Below, one piece after another: positions 8,818 to 17,537 of a stretch of 57,852 nt of DNA. Position numbers and translations under genes: made by a program. The stretch lies in contig SHVW01000003.1 in NCBI GenBank assembly GCA_009694085.1, positions 1 to 57,852 of the forward strand. The letters run 5' to 3'. The notes under the pieces were generated by a model. That model was not told the origin of the DNA. It did no database searches and was given only the letters and a program-made list of their open reading frames with translations. The stretch is from Alphaproteobacteria bacterium (GTDB taxonomy: Bacteria; Pseudomonadota; Alphaproteobacteria; SHVW01). Numbering within the stretch: the first letter of the stretch is position 1; every line of letters starts with the position of its first letter.

Positions 8818-10367
8818 GCCTCCGCCACTGCCGCCGACCAGGGCGACATGACGTCGGATATGCCGGTGCGCGAACCATCGGCATTGACCACGATCATGTT
8901 GGGGCACGAGAAATTAACCGGATTGGCCCCGTGTTCGACCATTTCCAGCGGGAATTTCGCGCCCAATGCCTTGACGACCTCCGGTTCCATCCGGCGATCG
9001 ACCATGACTTCGTCGCCACCGGACACGTCGATGCGCGGCCGGTGCGCCGAGGCTTCCGCGCCCAAGCCGAAATCGAGGGTGAAAGACATGAGCTGGAGCA
9101 CCGCCGACATGATGCGCCGTCCACCGGACGCGCCAGCGGCGATCCAGGGCCGGCCGTCCCGCGCCACCACGATCGGGCACATATTGCTAAGCGGTCGCTT
9201 CGACGGCGCGATCGAGTTGGCCCGACCCGGCCGCGGATCGAACCACATGATGCCGTTATTCATCAGGATGCCCGTGGTTGGCAGCACGACCCGGCTGCCG
9301 AAGGTCGACAGTAGCGTGGTGGTCAGGGCGACCATGGTGCCCTCTCCGTCCACTACGGTCAGGTGGGTGGTGCAAGTCTCGGCCTTGACGTCGCCAAGTT
9401 GGTCCAACCGCGACACATAAGCCGCGCGCATGGCCTCGGCATAGGCGACGAAGGCGGTGGCGTCAGGCATAGAGCCGAATTCGACGCGATCGAGCCGGCC
9501 GAGCGTGTCGGCCAGTGTCGGCCCCGCCGTCATGCCACCCGGCGCCTGCACATTCATGCCGCGATAGGGAATAGCAAGGGCGGGCAATACGCGCGCGCGG
9601 TAGGATTTGAGATCGTTGCCGTCGAGCACGCCGCCGATCGCCTTGGTATCGGCAGCGATATCGGCGGCAATGCCGCCCTCGTAAAAATCGCGCCGGCCCA
9701 ACCGGGCCAGCCGCTCCATCGTCTCGTCCAGCCGTCCCAGCTTGAAGAAGCCGGGCGCGCCGGCCTGGGGCGGTACGGGCGGGAGGTCGTTGGGCAGAAA
9801 GACGCGCCGGCTTTCGGGGTAGCGACGCAGATCGAGCGCGGCCGTCGCGATCTTGAGCGTGCTCCACCAATCCTGGGGCAAGCCGCGTTTGGCCAGCCGG
9901 ATCGCCGGGGCGAGCACCTCGGCGAAACTCTTGCGGCCCCAGCGCTCGATCGCCAGGCCGTAACCATCGGTGGCCGTGGGCACGGCAAAGGATAGGGGGC
10001 CGTGGATGTTGCGGTCGTCCTTGACCGCCGGCCAGGTGAAAAGCTGCGCCTGCGTTCCGCCGGACAGCGGGTAGGCGGCGGGGTCGGTGTGCCCGGGAGA
10101 AATAGGGCCGAAATCGACGATCTCAGCGGCCTTCTGACCCGCGCGATGAACGACCATGAAGCCGATGGCGCCGAGCCCGGTATTCCACGGCTCGACCGCG
10201 GCGAGGGAAAATGCGGTCGCTACGGCCGCATCGATCGCATTGCCGCCGGATTGCAGGATCTCGACGCCGGCCTCCGCCGCGAGCCGGCTCTGGGACACGA
10301 CGATCCCCTTGGTCGACCGCGCGGCCGGCTTAGTGACGTTCCAGTTCTGAGTAAAATAGACCGACAT
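8814..10367 (-). CDS. ggt: Gamma-glutamyltransferase family protein
   Basis: 517 aa; GGNAIDAAVATA, nucleophile TTHLTVVD, LMNNGIMWFDP, PLSNMCP, GASGGRRI. Confidence 0.9.
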   Translation of the reverse strand: MSVYFTQNWNVTKPAARSTKGIVVSQSRLAAEAGVEILQSGGNAIDAAVATAFSLAAVEPWNTGLGAIGFMVVHRAGQKAAEIVDFGPISPGHTDPAAYPLSGGTQAQLFTWPAVKDDRNIHGPLSFAVPTATDGYGLAIERWGRKSFAEVLAPAIRLAKRGLPQDWWSTLKIATAALDLRRYPESRRVFLPNDLPPVPPQAGAPGFFKLGRLDETMERLARLGRRDFYEGGIAADIAADTKAIGGVLDGNDLKSYRARVLPALAIPYRGMNVQAPGGMTAGPTLADTLGRLDRVEFGSMPDATAFVAYAEAMRAAYVSRLDQLGDVKAETCTTHLTVVDGEGTMVALTTTLLSTFGSRVVLPTTGILMNNGIMWFDPRPGRANSIAPSKRPLSNMCPIVVARDGRPWIAAGASGGRRIMSAVLQLMSFTLDFGLGAEASAHRPRIDVSGGDEVMVDRRMEPEVVKALGAKFPLEMVEHGANPVNFSCPNMIVVNADGSRTGISDVMSPWSAAVAEA

Positions 10368-10381
10368 AATATCGCCGCTCC

Positions 10382-11668
10382 CTATGCTGCCAGCGCTTCA
10401 AGCAAGGCGCTCTCCAGCTTGTCCATGCCCTCACGCACCAGCGCATCCGACGCGGTCAGCGGCACCAGGAAACGGATGACGTTGGCATAGACGCCGCAAC
10501 TCAGCACCACCAGCCCCTTCTCCGCCGATTTTGCCACCACGGCCTTGGTCAGGTCGGGCGCGGGTTCGTTGGTCTTGCGGCTCTTGACCAACTCGACCGC
10601 CACCATGCCGCCGAGGCCGCGCACCTCGCCGATGCAATCCAGACTGTTGCGGGTCAACAGATTGTTCAGGCGATCCGTGATGATCTTGCCGATTTCGTTG
10701 GAGCGCTCGACCAGGTTTTCCTCCGCGATCACGTCGAGCACGGCGAGACCGGCCACGCAAGCCACGGGACTGCCGGCATAGGTGCCGCCGAGACCGCCGG
10801 GGAGCGCCGCTTCCATAATCTCGGCGCGGCCGGTCACCGCCGACAGCGGATAGCCGCCGGCTAGGCTCTTGGCCATGCAGACGAGGTCGCCGTCGACGCC
10901 GGAATGCTCGATGGCGAACATCTTGCCCGTGCGCGCGAAGCCGGTCTGGATCTCGTCGATGATGAACACGATGCCGTGCTTGGTGCACAGCGCGCGTAGG
11001 GCTTGCATGAAGGCGGGCGGCGCCACGTTGAAGCCGCCCTCGCCTTGAACAGGCTCGATCACGATGCCGGCGACCCGGACGGGATCGACATCGGCCTTGA
11101 ACAGGGTATCCAGCGCTTTCAGGCTTTGCTCGACCGTGACGCCGTGGAAGGCGTCGGGGAAGGGCGCGTGATAAACCTCGGTCGGGAACGGCCCGAAACC
11201 GACCTTATAGGGCACGACCTTGCCGGTCAGCGCCATGCCCATGGCCGTGCGGCCGTGGAAGGCGCCGGAGAAGGCGATGATGGCGGAGCGCCCGGTATGG
11301 ACGCGCGCCAGCTTGACCGCGTTCTCGATCGCCTCGGCGCCCGTGCTGAAGAAGATCGTCTTCTTCGGGAAATCGCCGGGCACCAGCTTATTCAGCCGTT
11401 CCGCCAGCGCGATATAGCTTTCATAGGGTGTCACCTGGAAACAGGTGTGGGAGAATTGGCCGAGTTGGCTATTGACCGCTGCGGTCACCTTCGGATGCAT
11501 GTGCCCCGTGTTGAGCACGGCAATGCCGCCGGCGAAGTCGATATAGCGCTTGCCCTCGACATCCCACAGCTCGGCATTCTTGGCCCGGTCGATGAAGATG
11601 GGATGCATGGTCGCGACACCGCGCGGCACGGCGGCCTCGCGCCGCTTCTGCAATTCGCTGTTTTTCAT
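10382..11668 (-). CDS. gabT: 4-aminobutyrate--2-oxoglutarate aminotransferase (class III PLP)
   Basis: Start at MKNSELQKRREAAVPRG; DFAGGIAVLNTGH, EPVQGEGG, DEIQTGFARTG, AKSLAGG. Confidence 0.92.
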   Translation of the reverse strand: MKNSELQKRREAAVPRGVATMHPIFIDRAKNAELWDVEGKRYIDFAGGIAVLNTGHMHPKVTAAVNSQLGQFSHTCFQVTPYESYIALAERLNKLVPGDFPKKTIFFSTGAEAIENAVKLARVHTGRSAIIAFSGAFHGRTAMGMALTGKVVPYKVGFGPFPTEVYHAPFPDAFHGVTVEQSLKALDTLFKADVDPVRVAGIVIEPVQGEGGFNVAPPAFMQALRALCTKHGIVFIIDEIQTGFARTGKMFAIEHSGVDGDLVCMAKSLAGGYPLSAVTGRAEIMEAALPGGLGGTYAGSPVACVAGLAVLDVIAEENLVERSNEIGKIITDRLNNLLTRNSLDCIGEVRGLGGMVAVELVKSRKTNEPAPDLTKAVVAKSAEKGLVVLSCGVYANVIRFLVPLTASDALVREGMDKLESALLEALAA

Positions 11669-11697
11669 GGCAATACTCCCGTCCTCGTGAGGTCCGA

Positions 11698-11717
11698 TCG
11701 CCTCGCCACCGAGGCGA
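11698..11717. other. Perfect 8-bp hairpin in the gabT leader / gabT-hutI divergent region
   Basis: TCGCCTCG-CCAC-CGAGGCGA; no U-tract. Confidence 0.5.
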
Positions 11718-11808
11718 GCAAACCCTAGCACCGGGGAATGTGGGTCGTATAGACGCGCCGGCACGGCGAGTTGGCTGGGATTGACAGTCTTTCCCCGCGC
11801 CGGTCAGC

Positions 11809-13062
11809 ATGACCGCCATGTGGGATGCGCTGTGGATCAATGCTCGGCTCGCGACGATGGTGCCGGGCGCGCCGTTCGGCCTGGTCGCGCCGGGCGCGGT
11901 TGCGGTCGCGGGTGGACGCATCGCTTGGGTCGGGGCGATGGCGGCGTTGCCGAGCACGCCCGAAGCGCTCGCCGTCGAGGTGCATGACGTAGCCGACCGG
12001 GTGATGACGCCGGGGTTGGTGGATTGCCACACCCATATCGTCTTCACCGGCGACGGCCTCGTCGATTTCGAGGTGCTGACCCAGGGCGGCGGACGGACGG
12101 AGGTGGTTGCGGCCGGCGGCGGCATCATCGGCATGGTCAAGCGCAACCGCGCCGCGGACCCCGAGAAAATCCTGGCCGAAAGCCGCAAACGCGTGGCGCG
12201 GCTGATCGCATCGGGCGTGACCACTTTGGAAAGCAAGTCCGGCGCCGGCCTCGACCTGGATACCGAGATCGCCGCCATGGCGATCTCGCGTGAGTTAGGT
12301 CGTCTGCTGCCTGTAACTGTCGTGTCCACCTATCTCGGCGCCCACGGTATCGCGCCGGAGTATCGCGACCGGCTCGACAACTACGTTACCTTCATGACCG
12401 ATACGGTGCTGCCCGAGGCGCTGCGCCGCGGCCTGGTGGATCAGGTCGACGGCTTCTGCGATGCCTGGGGCTATACCCCGGCCCAGATGGCGCGCTTGTT
12501 CGAGGCCGCGACCGCCGCCGGGCTGCCGGTCAAGCTACATGCCGAGCAATACCGCGATTTCGGCGCGGCCGAGTTGGTCGCGCGATTTCGCGGACTATCC
12601 GCCGATCACCTGGAATACGTCGGCGAGCCGGCGGTGCGTGCTATGGCCGAGGCCGGCACTGTGGCGACCTTGCTGCCCGGCGCTAATTGGACCCTGGGCG
12701 AGCGCCGGAGGCCGCCGGTCGATCTGTTTCGCCGCCATGGCGTGCCGATCGCGCTCGCGACCAATTGCAACCCCGTAAGTTCGCCCACGACCTCGCCCAC
12801 CATGATGATGAATATGGGTTGCCGCATGTTCGGCCTGACTACCGAGGAGGCGCTGGCTGCGTTCACCCGCGTAGGGGCTAGAGCACTCGGTCTCGCCGCC
12901 TCACGTGGCACGATCGAAGTGGGTAAGCAAGCCGATCTTGCGATCTGGGACGTGGCCCAACCGGGTGAACTGGCTAGCCGGATTGCCGACAATCCCTGCC
13001 TCGCTGTCGTCAAGGATGGCCGCGTCGTTTATCGTGCCGTCGAACCCAGTTTTGCCGCCTAG
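11809..13062 (+). CDS. hutI: Imidazolonepropionase-like amidohydrolase (divergent HutI paralogue)
   Basis: 417 aa; WDALWINARLATM, DCHTH, HAEQ, SADHLE. Several canonical active-site residues differ (see findings). Confidence 0.75.
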   Translation: MTAMWDALWINARLATMVPGAPFGLVAPGAVAVAGGRIAWVGAMAALPSTPEALAVEVHDVADRVMTPGLVDCHTHIVFTGDGLVDFEVLTQGGGRTEVVAAGGGIIGMVKRNRAADPEKILAESRKRVARLIASGVTTLESKSGAGLDLDTEIAAMAISRELGRLLPVTVVSTYLGAHGIAPEYRDRLDNYVTFMTDTVLPEALRRGLVDQVDGFCDAWGYTPAQMARLFEAATAAGLPVKLHAEQYRDFGAAELVARFRGLSADHLEYVGEPAVRAMAEAGTVATLLPGANWTLGERRRPPVDLFRRHGVPIALATNCNPVSSPTTSPTMMMNMGCRMFGLTTEEALAAFTRVGARALGLAASRGTIEVGKQADLAIWDVAQPGELASRIADNPCLAVVKDGRVVYRAVEPSFAA

Positions 13063-13071
13063 GAGTGCGCC

Positions 13072-14506
13072 ATGACCGCGACGACCATCATCCGCAACGC
13101 CGCCTGGGTCGTCGCCTGGGACCAGACCAAGCAAAGCCATGCCCATCGGCGCGATATCGACGTCGCCCTTACCGGCGATCGCATCACAGCAGTTGGCAGC
13201 GTGCCGCGTGATGGCGCAGACGCCACCGAGATCGATGGGCGCGGCCTCATGGTCATGCCAGGAATGATCGACATCCACGCCCATCCCTTTTCCGAACCCA
13301 TGATCAAGGGGCTGACCGACGAGGTCGGCAGCCGAAAGCTCTACCAAAGCTCGCTCTACGAGTACCTATTCCTGTTCCAGGCCGACGCGGCAGGTGTGCG
13401 CGCGGCCATGGAGGTAGCTCTGACCGAATTGCTGCAATCCGGGGTGACGACCCTCTGCGACTTATCCATCGATCACGAGGGCTGGCTGGATACGTTGGGT
13501 CAAAGCGGTTTATGCCGCGCCCATGTTTCGCAGTGGCCGTTGGTTCACCACCAATGGTCACGAAGTGCGCTACGAATGGAACGCGGCGGCGGGCGAGAAG
13601 GGGATAAACGATGCGTTCCGCACCATCGAGCGCGCGCGCCAGCATCCCTCGGGCCGGCTCGATGGCGTCGTCTGCCCCGCCCAGGTCGATACCTGCACGC
13701 CCGAGCTGATCCGCGCCGCCGTTGCTGCCGCGCACGAGCGCCGGGCCGCGTTCCAGATTCACGCGGCCCAAAGCGTGGTGGAATTTCAGGAGATGATGCG
13801 CCGTCACGGCCAAACGCCGTTCGAGTGGCTGCACGGCCTAGGCGCGCTCGGCCCCAACGCGATCATCGGCCACGGCATCTTCCTCGATCACCACGACTGG
13901 CTTCACTGGCATGGCCGCCACGACATGGACATATTGGCCGAGACGGGCACCACTGTTGCCCATTGCCCGACCGTGTTCTCGCGCCGGGGCATCACGCTCC
14001 AGGATTTCGGCGCCTACCGCACTGCCTGCATCAATCTCGGCATCGGCACCGACACCTGTCCGCACAATTTTATCGAAGAGATGCGCACGGCGGCAATCGT
14101 AGCGCGCATTACGCGCGGCGCCGTCGATGCCGTACGCACGACCGATATTTTCAACGCCGCGACTATCGGCGGCACCAAGGCGCTCGGTCGCGACGATATC
14201 GGACGCGTCGCGCCGGGCATGAAGGCCGATCTGGTGCTGGTCGACGTGACCCACCCGGCCATGCGCCCAGTCTACGATCCTGTTCGCAGCATGATCTATT
14301 CCGCCGGCGAGCGCGCCATACGCGACGTGTTCGTGGACGGCCGCCAGGTTGTGCGCCAGGGTCGCGCGCTGGCCTTCGACTATGCCGACGCGGCACTTCG
14401 CCTGGAAGAAGCGCAGAAACGCGCCATCGAGAAAGTGCCGCAATTCGACTGGGCCCATCGATCCGTCGGCGAGATCATGCCGCCAACATTTGAAATTGCG
14501 GGGTAA
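13072..14506 (+). pseudogene. Amidohydrolase (deaminase/chlorohydrolase-like) split by a frameshift at ~13510
   Basis: N-half in the 13072 frame (DIHAHP, GVTTLCD); C-half in the 13523 frame (MFRSGRW, IHAAQ, AHCP, GIGTD). Total length 1435 nt is not a multiple of 3. Confidence 0.85.
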
Positions 14507-14510
14507 GATC

Positions 14511-15665
14511 ATGGCGCTTCATTTCACGCCCGAAGAGTTCGCTGCCCGCCGCCGCGAGGCCTGCCGGCGCATGGCCGTGCAGGGGCTGGATGGCCTGGTC
14601 GTCTTCCGCCAGGAGAGCATGTATTACCTCACCGGCTACGACACCAGCGGCTACAGCATGTTTCAGGGCATGTATCTCAGCGCCGACGGTGCGCTCGCCT
14701 TATTGACGCGCACGGCGGACCAACGCCAGTCGCGCCTGACCTCGGTGATCACCGATATTCGCATCTGGATCGATGGCGCCGGCGCCACGCCGGGCGACCA
14801 ACTCCGCGACATGCTGGAGAGCCATGGCTGTCGCGACAAGCGGCTCGGCGTGGAGTACCACGCCTATGGGCTGACGGCGCAACGCGGCAAAATGGTGGAT
14901 GCCGCGCTCGACGGTTTCTGCACCGTCGTGGACGCTTCCGACCTCGTGCGCGAGCAACGCCTGGTCAAGAGCCCAGCCGAGTTAAACTACGTCCGTCGCG
15001 CCGGCGCGCTGGCCGACCAGGCCTGGGCAATAGCCTGCGCCAAGACCGTGCCCGGCGCCAATATCGGCGCCATCTATGGCGAGATGATGGGCGCGATCAT
15101 GGCCGGCGATGGCGATCCCTCGGCCAGCCGCTGGCCCATGGGCGGGGGCAGCGAGGCGCTGATGGTGCGCTATCATACCGGCCACGGCACGGTCGGCGCG
15201 AACGACCAGGTGATGTTCGAGTACGCAGCCTCCTATCGCCACTATCACACCGCGTCCATGAACGTGATCCTGACCGGCCGGATGGACCCGCGCCATGGCG
15301 ACATGTTCAAGGCCTGTGCCGAGGCGCTCGATGCCTGCCAGGACAAGCTGCGGCCGGGCACTAGGGTCGGCGAGATTTTCGATACTCATGCCCGCATCCT
15401 CAAGAGCCGGGGGTATGAGGGTCACTACACCGCCGCCTGCGGCTACACCATGGGGGCGACATACCCGCCGACCTGGATGGACTGGCCCATGATCTATGCC
15501 GGCAATCCCGATGTTCTGGCGCCCAACATGGTGTTCTTCCTGCACATGATCCTGCTCAACAGCGACACCGGGCTGTCCATGTCGCTGGGCGAAACGGCAA
15601 TCGTGACTTCAGGTGCCTGCGAGCGTGTCACCCACATGGCGCGCCAGCCCGTGGTCAATCGCTAG
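14511..15665 (+). CDS. M24 (pita-bread) family hydrolase, DoeA/creatinase-like
   Basis: Start at MALHFTPEEF; YYLTGYD, VKSPAEL, CGYTMGATYPPTW. The typical Xaa-Pro peptidase metal ligand set is incomplete. Confidence 0.85.
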   Translation: MALHFTPEEFAARRREACRRMAVQGLDGLVVFRQESMYYLTGYDTSGYSMFQGMYLSADGALALLTRTADQRQSRLTSVITDIRIWIDGAGATPGDQLRDMLESHGCRDKRLGVEYHAYGLTAQRGKMVDAALDGFCTVVDASDLVREQRLVKSPAELNYVRRAGALADQAWAIACAKTVPGANIGAIYGEMMGAIMAGDGDPSASRWPMGGGSEALMVRYHTGHGTVGANDQVMFEYAASYRHYHTASMNVILTGRMDPRHGDMFKACAEALDACQDKLRPGTRVGEIFDTHARILKSRGYEGHYTAACGYTMGATYPPTWMDWPMIYAGNPDVLAPNMVFFLHMILLNSDTGLSMSLGETAIVTSGACERVTHMARQPVVNR

Positions 15666-15675
15666 GGGCGCGAAC

Positions 15676-17529
15676 CTATCCCTGGGAGCGGGGATGGCGA
15701 ATGGTCAGCCAGGACAGCGCATTCAAGTCCGCAGGATAGACTCGCAAATTCGGCTTGGACTGGCCGGTGAATGGCGGCAATTCGATATTGGCCGGCTCCC
15801 CCGGTTTGATCGCGAGCGGCGGAATGCGGCAGATCGCCGATGTTCCCGGCGCATCCGGCAGCGGCACGGCGCCATCCGAGCCGAGCACACGTAGCGCCGG
15901 CAGATCGAACATAAACTCCGCCGTCAGCTTGAGCCGCGCTGCATCGCGTTTTAGCCACTGACGCCGGATGGCGTAACTCAGACTCAATCGCGGCGAGCGA
16001 GCCAAATGGAGCGGCGGCATCTCGGCCGCCACGACGATTGCGCCCGAAACCAAACGCGCCGGCCAGATCGTCACGAACACCTCCGGGCCAACCACACCGA
16101 GTCGAGCGCAACCCTTAGCAGCATAGTCGACCTGCGCGATGGTCTGGCCATGGCTGCGATGGGCGATATCGTCGGGTCCGACGGGAAACCGATCGGACCT
16201 GGCGGCGAGCGCCACCATGGCAATGGCGATATCGGGCCAGCGCCAGCGCACGCGAAGCGAGCCATCGTCGGAAACAAGCGCCGCCGGGTCGGCAATCGGG
16301 CCACCCTCGCGGTCAGTTGCCAGCATGGGTGACAAGGTCGCGCCACTAAAGCCGGCGCGCGCGACGGCGTCACGCACGCGAGAAACCAGGGCTGCCGGCA
16401 AGGCATAGGCGCCGAACATCGCTTCATCCCAGCTTGCCGCGATAGCCCCATCGTCGCCGCTATCCGCAAGTACCTGAAGATCGTCCAACCCCGCCGCCGC
16501 TTCGAGGGCAACTTGGATCGACGGCCAGAGCGGAGCGATCTCGGGATGCTCTTGGCAGCGCAGCCCATCCCACTCGGCCGCTGCCCAGGCCTCCGCTACC
16601 ACACGCGGGTTCACCGGCAAGGCGGTCGCGGCGGATTTGAGGCGCTGACGATCGACAACCCGTCGCCCCGCCAGCGCCGCTCGCTCCACGGGCACCGCGC
16701 CGTTCATGTCAATGCAGGCGAGTCGGGCCGGACCGGAAGATTCGAGATCGGGCTCTGCCGACCAAAGAGCCCAAAGCCCGTCATCGTCCTCGGGCGCGCG
16801 GCGCCAATGAGCCATGAAATCGGCAAAGGCGCGTGCGCGTGGACCGGCGCGAGAAATACGATCCGCGTGGGACAAGGCGTCGGCGAAGGTAGCGAGCAAC
16901 TCATCCGTACCCCAGGCCGCCGCAATTTCCGCGTCGTCGCCCACCGCCAGCGCGGTCTTGAGCCGAGTCCAGCGCTCCATGCGGCCGCGCGCCAGATCGA
17001 CTCGTGTCAGCAGGGATTGCAACCGCACCAACCGGGCCTGGAACAAGGCGGGCTCGCCATCATGGGCCGCGAGGATCGCCGCCTCGCCGGTCTCGCTCGG
17101 CGGATTGCCGGCGGCGCGCACGGCTAGGCGCAATTGGGCGACCGAGGCGGCGCGCCGCACGATCTCGCCGGCAATGTCGGCAATCGTGCGATCGCCGATC
17201 CGCTGCGTCTGCGCGGCCCGGCAGGCCGAGAGATCAGGCGGGCCTTCCCACAGGCGGCGCAGCAGATCGTCATTGGATGGGTCGCGCCCATACACCTCAA
17301 CAAAGCGATCAAGGGCAGCGAGCATACGGACCAACGACTTCACCGGCTTGGTATGGTGTCGCGTATAGGGCAACTCGGCCAGCTCGGGGTGGCGTGCCCA
17401 CAGATCGAGCGCACGCCGTTCCTCGCCGCGCGCCAACGCCAGTTCGAAGCGCTTGACCAAAACGACCGGCTGGGTTGCAGCGCCTGCATAATCGGAAATC
17501 GGTGCAAGGATGCGGTCGAGATCGATCAT
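15676..17529 (-). CDS. Hypothetical protein, 617 aa: seven helical repeats plus beta-rich C-terminal domains; last gene of the tss operon
   Basis: Long ORF starting 8 nt after the tssM stop; no signal peptide or TM segment visible. Confidence 0.85.
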   Translation of the reverse strand: MIDLDRILAPISDYAGAATQPVVLVKRFELALARGEERRALDLWARHPELAELPYTRHHTKPVKSLVRMLAALDRFVEVYGRDPSNDDLLRRLWEGPPDLSACRAAQTQRIGDRTIADIAGEIVRRAASVAQLRLAVRAAGNPPSETGEAAILAAHDGEPALFQARLVRLQSLLTRVDLARGRMERWTRLKTALAVGDDAEIAAAWGTDELLATFADALSHADRISRAGPRARAFADFMAHWRRAPEDDDGLWALWSAEPDLESSGPARLACIDMNGAVPVERAALAGRRVVDRQRLKSAATALPVNPRVVAEAWAAAEWDGLRCQEHPEIAPLWPSIQVALEAAAGLDDLQVLADSGDDGAIAASWDEAMFGAYALPAALVSRVRDAVARAGFSGATLSPMLATDREGGPIADPAALVSDDGSLRVRWRWPDIAIAMVALAARSDRFPVGPDDIAHRSHGQTIAQVDYAAKGCARLGVVGPEVFVTIWPARLVSGAIVVAAEMPPLHLARSPRLSLSYAIRRQWLKRDAARLKLTAEFMFDLPALRVLGSDGAVPLPDAPGTSAICRIPPLAIKPGEPANIELPPFTGQSKPNLRVYPADLNALSWLTIRHPRSQG

Positions 17530-17537
17530 ATCGGTTC

